A stretch of 64,000 nucleotides of DNA. Origin: Nitrospirota bacterium (GTDB taxonomy: Bacteria > Nitrospirota > Thermodesulfovibrionia > Thermodesulfovibrionales > UBA1546). This document shows positions 48,707 through 58,878 of the stretch, one piece after another. The notes under the pieces were generated by a model. The model made no database searches, was not told the DNA's origin, and saw only the letters and a list, made by a program, of their open reading frames with translations. Position 1 is the first letter of the stretch. Every line of letters begins with the position of its first letter. The position numbers and the translations under genes were made by a program. The stretch spans positions 16,154-80,153 of the forward strand of contig JAKALU010000001.1 in the NCBI GenBank assembly GCA_021824065.1. The letters run 5' to 3'.

Positions 48707-48955
48707 ATGCATAGAAAGATATGTGCGATAGGAAATAGCCGCGGTATATCTATCCCTGCTGATGTGCTTGAGAAGCTGAACCTTTCAATAGGCACTGCGG
48801 TAGACGTAAAACTTGATGAAGAGCATTCAAAGATTGTGATTGAACCTGTTAAGAAAGGCCGGCACCCAAAGGGAATAGACAAAGAGTTTGTTTCTCAGGT
48901 AAATGATTTCATCAAAAAATATCGACCTGCTTTGAATGAACTTGCCAAAAAATGA
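48707..48955 (+). CDS. AbrB/MazE-family antitoxin partnered with Doc
   Basis: MHRKICAIGNSRGISIPADVLEKLNL. GGAGG lies 6 nt upstream of the ATG at 48707. Its stop overlaps the doc start. Confidence 0.8.
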   Translation: MHRKICAIGNSRGISIPADVLEKLNLSIGTAVDVKLDEEHSKIVIEPVKKGRHPKGIDKEFVSQVNDFIKKYRPALNELAKK

Positions 48956-49341
48956 AATATCTGACGCCAGAGCAGGTACTTTTTATCCATAGCAGGCTCA
49001 TAGATGAAACAGGCGGCAGTCACGGTGTCAGAGATTTAGGTTTGCTCACATCTGCTGTATCAAGACCACAGACAACGTTTGGCGGAAAGGATCTTTATCC
49101 TGATATTTTTCATAAGGCTGCTGCCCTGATGGAGTCCCTAATAAAGAATCATCCTTTCATTGATGGCAATAAACGGACTGCCATAACATCAACAGGCATT
49201 TTTATTCAGAGGAATGGCTATTCTCTCGAAGTTACTCAGGATACGCTTGAGGGATTTACGCTTAAGGTAGCAACCGGCAAGCATTCTTTCCAAGATGCAG
49301 TCGAGTGGTTTAAGAAACATAGTGTGAGAAGATCAAAATAG
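48952..49341 (+). CDS. doc: Fic/Doc-family toxin (death-on-curing type)
   Basis: Doc-type Fic motif HPFIDGNKRTA; 129 aa. Confidence 0.88.
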   Translation: MKYLTPEQVLFIHSRLIDETGGSHGVRDLGLLTSAVSRPQTTFGGKDLYPDIFHKAAALMESLIKNHPFIDGNKRTAITSTGIFIQRNGYSLEVTQDTLEGFTLKVATGKHSFQDAVEWFKKHSVRRSK

Positions 49342-49367
49342 TATGGTGATGGCATAAAAATAAAGGC

Positions 49368-49592
49368 ATGAAACAAATAAAAGTCAAAGTAATCCCGAAT
49401 GCAAAGAAGAATCGAGTTGTAGAAAGCGAGGGCATGTTCAAGGTCTATGTAAATGCGCCTGCAGTTGAAGGAAAGGCAAATAAGGCTTTGATTGAGTTAT
49501 TAGCTGAGCATTTTAATGTAAGGAAAAGCGCTGTGAGGATTGTCAGGGGTGAGAAGGCGAGGGAGAAGGTGGTGGAAATTGCATGCTCATAA
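49368..49592 (+). CDS. DUF167 (YggU) family protein
   Basis: VKVIPNAKKNRVV...VYVNAPAVEGKANKALIELLAEHF...VRIVRGEKAREKVVEI, typical of YggU. Confidence 0.8.
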   Translation: MKQIKVKVIPNAKKNRVVESEGMFKVYVNAPAVEGKANKALIELLAEHFNVRKSAVRIVRGEKAREKVVEIACS

Positions 49593-49598
49593 GGCATG

Positions 49599-51595
<1,997 letters not shown>

Positions 51596-51608
51596 CTATT
51601 TATTTTAA

Positions 51609-51675
51609 AGGAAGGATGTAGTATTTTCGCTCATTCTCGACCTGATAAATCAGGTCTCCGAGGTTTTTGCCTCTT
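51609..51675. repeat. Intergenic repeat copy B (reverse orientation relative to copy A at 13514..13574)
   Basis: The reverse complement reads AAGAGGCAAAAaCCTCGGAG-acctgatttatcaggt-CGAGAATGAGCGAAAATACTA-caTCCTTCCT. The arms match copy A; the central hairpin differs. Confidence 0.85.
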
Positions 51676-51716
51676 ACACCCCCACATCCCCCCTTGCGCA
51701 AAATTTTTTGCTCCGA

Positions 51717-52655
51717 CTACATCATCAGGGGGCTTTTAAGGAATTTGCTCCTTCTGGCAGACTTAACAGTATTCTCAAGAAGCATCGCTATTGTCACAGG
51801 CCCAACACCTCCAGGCACAGGTGTTACCAAGGATGCCTTGTCCTTTACAGAATCAAAATCAACATCACCTACAATCCTGCCATCTGGAAGAACCTTTATT
51901 CCAATGTCAACAATAATGACTCCATCTTTAACCATGTCTCCTTTTATAAGCCCCTGCTGACCTGTTGCTGTGCATAAGATATCTGCCTGTTTTGTTATGA
52001 CAGGAAGATTCTTTGTCTCTCTGTGGCATACTGTTACTGTTGCCTCTTTTACGAGAAGCATAGTAGACAATGGTTTGCCAACAGCGAGGCTTTTGCTTAT
52101 TACAACAGCATGCTTCCCTTTTAGCTCAACACCATAGAATTCGAGAAGTCTTATAACACCAAAAGGCGTACACGGAATAAAACTTGAAAGCGATGGCATA
52201 AACTTGCATTCCTCTATGGCCTCGCGATACTCTTCTCTAAAAAGTTGAAATGTGGATTCCTCTGCTGCGAGCCTTCCGACAGATATTGCACCAAGTCCGT
52301 CAACATCTTTTTCAGGAGTGATAGAGTTTATAGCCCTTCTTGGATTTATCCTCTTTGGGAGCGGAAGCAAGACCAGGATACCGTTAATCCTTTCGTCGCT
52401 GTTAAGGCTGTGAATTACATTCAAGAGTTCGTTTATTGTTACACTATCAGGGAATTTATGTTTGTATGCCGTAATTCCAACTGCTTTGCATGATCTTAAA
52501 ATTGCAAGAAAGTATTGTTCGGATGCAAGATTGTCACCAACAAGCACAACAGCAAGTCCAACAGCAAACCCCCGCTCGTTCAATAGCATGACATCTTTTC
52601 TGACCTCTGCCTTTATTTCTTCAGCAAGTTTTTTACCATCCATTATCTCTGGCAT
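51717..52655 (-). CDS. folD: Bifunctional methylenetetrahydrofolate dehydrogenase/cyclohydrolase FolD with a ~23-30 aa insertion
   Basis: MPEIMDGKKLAEEIK..., LVLLPLP, DVDG, PCTP and TPVPGGVGPVT motifs. There is an extra segment between GRL and PCTP. Confidence 0.9.
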   Translation of the reverse strand: MPEIMDGKKLAEEIKAEVRKDVMLLNERGFAVGLAVVLVGDNLASEQYFLAILRSCKAVGITAYKHKFPDSVTINELLNVIHSLNSDERINGILVLLPLPKRINPRRAINSITPEKDVDGLGAISVGRLAAEESTFQLFREEYREAIEECKFMPSLSSFIPCTPFGVIRLLEFYGVELKGKHAVVISKSLAVGKPLSTMLLVKEATVTVCHRETKNLPVITKQADILCTATGQQGLIKGDMVKDGVIIVDIGIKVLPDGRIVGDVDFDSVKDKASLVTPVPGGVGPVTIAMLLENTVKSARRSKFLKSPLMM

Positions 52656-52745
52656 CTTATGCACCTCGCTTTTAAAATCTTTTATAGTTTACACATTGAC
52701 AGTGGACATTGACAACCCCTCATATTTATTGTATTTTCAATCACC

Positions 52746-53312
52746 ATGAAGAAAAGACTCATTGAGCTTATCCTCAAGAGGGCATTCAAGTACAGCGAAG
52801 AGCCAATATTTAAACTCGTCTCAGGCAGGATGTCGAATTATTATTTCAACTGCAAGGCAGTGACGCTTCATCCCGAAGGAATGCATCTGATCGGCAGTCT
52901 TATTTTTGAGATGATAAAAGACCTGAATGTAAAAGCCATTGGAGGCCTTACCCTCGGAGCTGACCCTGTTGCATATGCAGTTTCATACACTTCTTATTTG
53001 AAAGGCAAACCAATAGGGGCATTTGTTGTAAGAAAATCCGCAAAATCTCACGGCACAATGCAGTGGATTGAGGGAGATGTTAAACAGGGTGACAGGGTTG
53101 TGATTGTTGATGATGTGATTACAACAGGCAAGTCAACAATAGAGGCAATTAACAGGGCTAAAGAAGCAGGGCTTGAGATAGTAAAGGTTATAAGCCTCAT
53201 TGACAGGCAGGAAGGCGGCAGGGAAAATATCGAGGCATTAGGTTATAAGGTTGATGCGGTTGTTTTAAGAGATGAAGTTATGGGGCTTTACAGGTTAGCT
53301 AATCTAACCTGA
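52746..53312 (+). CDS. pyrE: Orotate phosphoribosyltransferase
   Basis: PRPP-binding motif VVIVDDVITTGKST; 188 aa type-I PRTase. Confidence 0.88.
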   Translation: MKKRLIELILKRAFKYSEEPIFKLVSGRMSNYYFNCKAVTLHPEGMHLIGSLIFEMIKDLNVKAIGGLTLGADPVAYAVSYTSYLKGKPIGAFVVRKSAKSHGTMQWIEGDVKQGDRVVIVDDVITTGKSTIEAINRAKEAGLEIVKVISLIDRQEGGRENIEALGYKVDAVVLRDEVMGLYRLANLT

Positions 53313-53448
53313 TTTCATAGCTTTCAGAACCCCAGATATTCGGAGGAGATGTCGCACTTGAAGGCGAAATGCGGGAAGAGGCACTTTTGTCGCTGGAACT
53401 ATTTATTTCTTCAGGTAAATGAATAATGAAGGTTTGACCCTACTTGCT

Positions 53449-53616
53449 TCAATTGCTTGCTTTCCAATTAATTATTGGCTTCTTTTCAAATGGCGTTTCC
53501 CCAGCAATGGGACTTTCGGCACATTGCTTACAATAAATGTCACCCCAATGCTCAACCACCTCATTGAGAGACCACATCTCTTTACCGCATTTCTTGCAGA
53601 TGTATGGTTGACTCAT
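53449..53616 (-). CDS. 55-aa zinc-ribbon protein (CxxC-N18-CxxC), not in the ORF track
   Basis: Hand translation: MSQPYICKKCGKEMWSLNEVVEHWGDIYCKQCAESPIAGETPFEKKPIINWKASN*. Its ATG (53616..53614) overlaps the upstream TGA (53615..53613) as ATGA. Confidence 0.55.
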   Translation of the reverse strand: MSQPYICKKCGKEMWSLNEVVEHWGDIYCKQCAESPIAGETPFEKKPIINWKASN

Positions 53617-54503
53617 ATATTTTCTCTTATAAAGTCTATTTGCTCTTTAAGAGTAACCTTATTCAATTCTTTATTCATCCTGTTCATTTTTTCTGCGATT
53701 AACTTCGCCTGCTCATATTCTATCCCTGGCATAAATCCCCAAATTAACCCTTTATCACTATTAGTCATCTCCACTTCTTCAAGAAATTTTAAAATATTTG
53801 CATCTTCTGAAGTATTCTGAATATGCTCGATTAATTCATCATGGGTAATAGTTGCAAGAATTGCATGTGTCAGCCTAAGTGGCCGATTTGATAAGGTTAC
53901 GTCAGGGTAATATTTATATCGCCTTGGCTTTCTTCCCTTACCATGTTTAATTTGTTCAAGTTCGGCATTCTGCGTGTGGTAAATAGGGTCGCTGTGCATT
54001 ACGTCGTTTCGAAATTTGGCTAAATCACCAATCTCGTTTTTCATTGGTTCTGAAATCTTTCCGGCTTTAACCTCACCGACAATTCTTTCTATTTGTGCCA
54101 TCGGCTTTGGCTTCATCTTGTCAAATTTGGAAACATTGTCGCAAAGTGTTTTGTCAGATATATGTTTTGATCTAAGAACAGAAACATAGCAATGTCTTGT
54201 AAATGCCTCAATACAAGTAGCTGATAATATAATTGTTGAAAGAAGCGGGCCGGAGAGCTTTAAAGAGTAATTTGTATTTGCTATATGGACACGTGCTGCG
54301 AGAGAATTACATTTCTCTCTCCCTCTTTCACAAAGCTTTACCCACTCTAATGCTGCATGAAATGAATATAGAAAAGACGATCTTACGGCGTCTCTAAGGA
54401 AAAACCACGATGATATATGTTTACCCGCCCATATCGTTTGACAGACTCGCTTAGCGAAATGCTCCTTATCTCCCTTATCTAAATTAAAATAATCAATGCT
54501 CAT
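53613..54503 (-). CDS. Hypothetical protein with an Rx4H (HEPN-like) motif
   Basis: 296 aa. RNDVMH is encoded at 54011..53994 within a predicted helical region (ATCIEAFTRHC ... LAKFRNDVMHSD). I did not recognise any other family. Confidence 0.45.
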   Translation of the reverse strand: MSIDYFNLDKGDKEHFAKRVCQTIWAGKHISSWFFLRDAVRSSFLYSFHAALEWVKLCERGREKCNSLAARVHIANTNYSLKLSGPLLSTIILSATCIEAFTRHCYVSVLRSKHISDKTLCDNVSKFDKMKPKPMAQIERIVGEVKAGKISEPMKNEIGDLAKFRNDVMHSDPIYHTQNAELEQIKHGKGRKPRRYKYYPDVTLSNRPLRLTHAILATITHDELIEHIQNTSEDANILKFLEEVEMTNSDKGLIWGFMPGIEYEQAKLIAEKMNRMNKELNKVTLKEQIDFIRENI

Positions 54504-54639
54504 TTCACTTCGCCTTCTCCATCACCTCAAAAAATCTCTCCCTCATCATACCCGATGTTGTCATATTTGTGCGGATATGGTGACAGGCACAAGCCTCGGT
54601 CTGGTTTTTATTACCAGTGACCGCTTCCAAACCATAATG

Positions 54640-54909
54640 TTAATATTTTTTGTATCTATCCACTGCCCTGTGGCTTCCGACTGTCAGAAGGGTGAACTTT
54701 CCGCCTTTTCTTAAGAAGAAACACCTGTAATGAATATCAACATAAAACTCCCATTCGTCATTCAGTCTGTGTATTTTTAGAGAGGGATGGGCTGGATTAT
54801 AATTCAGAAACTTTAATTGTTTCTTGACCTTGCTTTTGATATTTTCCGGAAGTTTTTTATAAGCCTTTTTGAACTCTTCAGTGAGAACTATTTCTACTTG
54901 TCCAGCCAT
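54640..54909 (-). CDS. RelE/ParE-superfamily toxin
   Basis: 89 aa. FKKAYKKLPENIKSKVKKQLKFL..., HPSLKIHRL, EWEFYVDIHYRCFF and LLTVGSHRAV are typical of RelE/YafQ-type mRNA interferases. Overlaps the upstream antitoxin gene by 16 nt. Confidence 0.8.
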   Translation of the reverse strand: MAGQVEIVLTEEFKKAYKKLPENIKSKVKKQLKFLNYNPAHPSLKIHRLNDEWEFYVDIHYRCFFLRKGGKFTLLTVGSHRAVDRYKKY

Positions 54910-55133
54910 TTAAGAGCATCTTTAACATCACTAAAGGTTTTTACTCTGCCATGTTTTACATCTTCTTTTGCCCTTTTAATGCTCTCCTGCGTTTCCCTGC
55001 GGTTGAATATCTCCATACTTCTTTCGAGTTCAATAAGATGTCTATAGATGGAATAAGGCAGTATTACCTCTAACGGTTTTCCGTCTTTCCCAGTTATGAG
55101 CTTTGTCTTTTTCTCTATATCTGTAACAGTCAT
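54894..55133 (-). CDS. Putative antitoxin of the RelE-type toxin
   Basis: 79 aa. Sits immediately upstream of, and overlaps, the toxin gene. The family was not identified from the sequence. Confidence 0.6.
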   Translation of the reverse strand: MTVTDIEKKTKLITGKDGKPLEVILPYSIYRHLIELERSMEIFNRRETQESIKRAKEDVKHGRVKTFSDVKDALKWLDK

Positions 55134-55302
55134 CTTGATGTTTAGTATATCATTTTTCTTAGAATTTCATCTCTTTTCGGTAAGGTTTCTATCAATCGTA
55201 ATCCCATTATGCCCTCAGCCAAACAACCCTATGCACAGAAAAAGTTTAGCTTAATAGGTAAAGCTTAATAAATAGGTGCATTGTTTTACCTCCCCCAATT
55301 TT

Positions 55303-58155
55303 TTAAACAACCAAAAGATTATAGAGATTTCTTACTTTCTCTCTTGTTTTATCAAGCTGTTCGATTAATTCATCTTTATCTCTTAATCCCAAAAATTCAG
55401 ATGTTGAATTTAAAATATCTTCCTCGGTTTTCTTTAATAAATCTCTTTCTCTTAGTCTCAGATAGCTTTCAATTGTTCTATAAAAGATATACACATCTCT
55501 CATGAAATCTGCTTCTGATTCTTTTATTGCCCCTGCATGCCTCAATCTTTTTATGCCATTAAGTGTCCCCTGAACAAGCAAAGAAGGAAACTTATTACAA
55601 TTTCTAAGCTGAAGATATTGAACTGTAAACTCAAGTTCTTCAAGCCCGCCGGGTCCGAGTTTTATGTCGTAACCTTCTGTTTCTTTTGCGAGTTCTCTCT
55701 GGATTCTCTCTCGCATTGCCCTTACATCAGAAGCAGCTATCGTATTGCCATGTTTAATAAGAATATCCCTTGCCATATCAATGAAGCACTGCCCTGTCCT
55801 TACATCTCCTCCAACAGGCCTTGCCTTTAAGAGCGCCTGAAATTCCCAGAATGCAGCATTCTTTGAATAATAATCCTTAAATGAGCTTATGGATGAAACA
55901 AGGGGGCCTTTTGTGCCATCAGGCCTTAGTCTCATATCAACTTTATATGCAATCCCTTCACGCGTGTATGACATCATGAGTCTTAAAAGTCTCTCAGCAG
56001 TTTTTGTATGTTCTTCTGTTACATCCTCTCCTGTGGCAAAGATTATGTCGATATCAGAGTTGAATGTAATCTCTCTGCCTCCGAGCTTGCCAAGGCCTAT
56101 TATCGCGAGTAATCCTCCCGCACCGCCCTTTAGCAAGGGGGTACTTTCAATACTAACAAACAGTATTGCCTCAGCAGTTTTGCTTAACCCTTTAATGAGA
56201 TCTATCACGTTTGTCTTTTTCTGAAGAAACAACAATCCCAGTCTCAGTTCCTCAATCTGGCGCATAAGGCGTATCGCATCTCCTGTGGTCTGTCCGCCTT
56301 TGATACTGTCTTTTAGTTCAGCCTTTAATGTTTTGAGACTCTTTTTAAGAACTATTTCATGCCCTATGAGTTCAAGGTAATCAGGCCTTCTGATTATTGT
56401 TTTTGAGATATATTCGCTCTGTGAAAATAAATCTATAAGTATGGGGATAAGGTCTTTATTTTCCTTAAAGATATCGAGATAAGATTCTCTCAAACTGAGC
56501 AGAGATGCAAAGGATTGCAGATGATTTAGCGCCATATCAGGGTTACTGCTTTTAATAGCTGCATCAACAAATTCTGGAAGTATCTCGCTGAGGATTCTCC
56601 TCCCTCTGAGTGTCTGGAAATGGTAGATGCTGTCCCTTATATGCTGGATATTACGTATACCTTTACCTACATCTTTCAACCCTATTCTGCTAAGATACTC
56701 CTTAAGCTCTATGTCTGAGAGTTCCTCGTCAAAGAGTATCCCGCTCTCTGATCGCTCTTCCCCCCCTCCCCTGAAAAGTGAGTCGTAGATGGTTCTTGTC
56801 TTATTCCTTCTGAGTTCAAGCTCTGATAGAAAAGTCGACCTGCCCGGGAAGCCCATTTTTTTGCTGAGTGCATTTATTTCGTTTTCATCAGACGGCAGGC
56901 TGTGTGTTTGAATGTCATTCATCTGCTGGAGCCTGTGTTCGAGAGTTCTGAGAAATCTGTAATTGTCTAAAAGTATGGAGTAGTCATCCTGACCGATAAG
57001 ATTTTTCTGCAGAAGCCTGTGAAGTGCCTTTTGGGTATTTCTCTCCCTTAATAAGGGTTCCTTGCCAGCGTAAATGAGCTGGAGGGCATGAATAAAAAAT
57101 TCTATCTCCCTTATTCCTCCGTATCCCCTTTTTATATCATCCTTTTTAAATGCCGAATCTATCCGGCTTTTTATCTGTCTTATTTCATCAATTGCACTGA
57201 AGTCTAAGTATTTTCTATAGACAAAAGGCTTTATCATCTCTGAAAATTTATCACCGAGAATCAAATCACCTGCTATTGGTCTTGCCCTCAGGAGCATTGC
57301 CCTTTCCCATGCCCTGCCCCATGATTCATAGTATGTCTCATAGCCTGATATAGATAATGCCAGACTGCCTTTTTGCCCTTCTGGTCTTAATCTCAAATCA
57401 ACTCTGTATACAAAACCATCCTCTGTATTCAATGATAGAAACTTGTTGAGATTCTCTCCTAATTTGCAGTAATACTCATGGTTGCTTATCCTGTTCACAT
57501 TAATGCCCTGCAGTGTTCTTATACCCGATGTTTCTCCTTCTTCTGTCCCATATGCAAAAATGAGGTCCACATCAGAGCTGAAATTAAGCTCTTCGCTTCC
57601 GAGCTTCCCGAGGGAGATAATTGTAAAGGCATCTTCTCCGGGCTCGCCATATGTCTCATTAAGTATCCTCTTTAAAAGCTCTAATGACTCACCGACAATC
57701 ACATCTGCAAGCATGCTAAGCTCAAGCATAATGTCTGTTAAGTCGGTCTTCTTAAGAATATCCCTCAGTGTTATCCTGAGCAGTTCCTTCTTCTTGAACT
57801 GACGAACAATCCTCATATGCTCGCTGCTGCCTGCAATTTTTCCTTTTAAAGAGGCCGAAAGTATTCTCCTGTCCAGAGGGGTATTTATATCTTTAATTAC
57901 ATCGAAAAGGATATCCGGATTTGAGATGCAGAAACTTGCAAGGAACTGGCTATAGCTGAAAAGCAGCGATATTGGCGTTAGATTCGCTGAAAGCCTTTCT
58001 ATATGGTCGGGATTGCTATCGCAGAATGTTAAGAGGTTTTTAAATGTTCTTTCCGGGTCAGGCGTGGATAAAGCAGCATCTCTGATTAATTTTTCCATAA
58101 GTAATTGTTGCATGAAATAAGGAGTTTCAACAAGAGGTTCACATGATTTGACCAT
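55303..58155 (-). CDS. glnE: Bifunctional glutamine synthetase adenylyltransferase/adenylyl-removing enzyme
   Basis: Two nucleotidyltransferase domains (GKLGSEELNFSSDVDLIF and GKLGGREITFNSDIDIIF) with GlnE-type helical linkers. The start could be at an internal Met (58113 or 58098). Confidence 0.9.
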   Translation of the reverse strand: MVKSCEPLVETPYFMQQLLMEKLIRDAALSTPDPERTFKNLLTFCDSNPDHIERLSANLTPISLLFSYSQFLASFCISNPDILFDVIKDINTPLDRRILSASLKGKIAGSSEHMRIVRQFKKKELLRITLRDILKKTDLTDIMLELSMLADVIVGESLELLKRILNETYGEPGEDAFTIISLGKLGSEELNFSSDVDLIFAYGTEEGETSGIRTLQGINVNRISNHEYYCKLGENLNKFLSLNTEDGFVYRVDLRLRPEGQKGSLALSISGYETYYESWGRAWERAMLLRARPIAGDLILGDKFSEMIKPFVYRKYLDFSAIDEIRQIKSRIDSAFKKDDIKRGYGGIREIEFFIHALQLIYAGKEPLLRERNTQKALHRLLQKNLIGQDDYSILLDNYRFLRTLEHRLQQMNDIQTHSLPSDENEINALSKKMGFPGRSTFLSELELRRNKTRTIYDSLFRGGGEERSESGILFDEELSDIELKEYLSRIGLKDVGKGIRNIQHIRDSIYHFQTLRGRRILSEILPEFVDAAIKSSNPDMALNHLQSFASLLSLRESYLDIFKENKDLIPILIDLFSQSEYISKTIIRRPDYLELIGHEIVLKKSLKTLKAELKDSIKGGQTTGDAIRLMRQIEELRLGLLFLQKKTNVIDLIKGLSKTAEAILFVSIESTPLLKGGAGGLLAIIGLGKLGGREITFNSDIDIIFATGEDVTEEHTKTAERLLRLMMSYTREGIAYKVDMRLRPDGTKGPLVSSISSFKDYYSKNAAFWEFQALLKARPVGGDVRTGQCFIDMARDILIKHGNTIAASDVRAMRERIQRELAKETEGYDIKLGPGGLEELEFTVQYLQLRNCNKFPSLLVQGTLNGIKRLRHAGAIKESEADFMRDVYIFYRTIESYLRLRERDLLKKTEEDILNSTSEFLGLRDKDELIEQLDKTREKVRNLYNLLVV
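56126..56141. repeat. GC-rich palindrome CCCTTTAGCAAGGGGG embedded in glnE
   Basis: The insert at about 56114..56143 is translated as TPLLKGGAGG, directly before the second GKLGG nucleotidyltransferase motif. Related to the palindrome at 11010..11028. Confidence 0.8.
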
Positions 58156-58200
58156 GAAGAATTAATTGATGTAGTATTATTAGCAAAGGACTGGTAAAAA

Positions 58201-58878
58201 TTGTTCCCATTTAAAGATGATAATCCAACGCGCACGTTCCCATTTATTACAATAGGGATAATTGCGATAAACATTCTTGTCTATATCTGGGAATTAATGT
58301 CGCCTGCTGGCGAGAAATATATTGTATATAATTACGGTGCTATCCCTTCTGATCTAATATCTTTAGAGAAGACTCAGCGCTTGCATCCAGCCCTTACTAT
58401 TTTTTCATCTATGTTCCTTCACGCTGGATTATTGCATGTTGGTGGCAATATGCTCTATCTCTGGATATTCGGCAACAACATTGAAGACAGACTTGGCCAT
58501 TTCAGATTTCTGCTATTCTATCTTGTAAGCGGGATTATAGCTGCTTATTCACATGCAATAACATCTCCGGCGTCAACTATGCCGATGATAGGTGCAAGCG
58601 GTGCAGTTGCCGGGGTATTGGGAGCCTATATCCTTTTATTCCCTCATGCAAAGGTGCATACACTAATATTTTTTGGATTCTTTGTTCAGGTTGTTAAAAT
58701 TCCAGCCTTGATAGTTATTGGATTTTGGGCTATTATACAGGTCGTCAATGGAATTTTAAGCCAGAGACTCATAGCACAGGGAGGGGTTGCATGGTTCGCC
58801 CATATCGGGGGGTTCCTTGTAGGGCTCCTGACAATCAAACTCTGGCTGCCTAAAAGGAGGTTTAAAGAGTGGTCGTAA
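58201..58878 (+). CDS. Rhomboid-family intramembrane serine protease
   Basis: Catalytic GASGAVAGVLGAY and AHIGGFLVG motifs, six TM helices, TTG start. Confidence 0.88.
   Translation: MFPFKDDNPTRTFPFITIGIIAINILVYIWELMSPAGEKYIVYNYGAIPSDLISLEKTQRLHPALTIFSSMFLHAGLLHVGGNMLYLWIFGNNIEDRLGHFRFLLFYLVSGIIAAYSHAITSPASTMPMIGASGAVAGVLGAYILLFPHAKVHTLIFFGFFVQVVKIPALIVIGFWAIIQVVNGILSQRLIAQGGVAWFAHIGGFLVGLLTIKLWLPKRRFKEWS

Noticed and set aside
53419-53820. 133-aa plus-strand ORF downstream of pyrE
   Set aside because: It overlaps the minus-strand zinc-ribbon and HEPN-like ORFs, which have an ATGA coupling signature and recognisable motifs. The plus-strand translation is hydrophobic low complexity.
54504-54639. 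Tiny minus-strand ORFs (19 and 24 aa) in the gap between the RelE gene and the HEPN-like gene
   Set aside because: They are too short and have no supporting signal. The region more likely holds the promoter/RBS (GGAGAAGG) for the HEPN-like gene.
55229-55243. 15-mer CCTATGCACAGAAAA shared with 44829..44843, at the edge of the inverted-repeat element
   Set aside because: A single exact 15-mer match between two sites in 64 kb (both strands) is roughly what chance would give, and the similarity does not extend beyond it.
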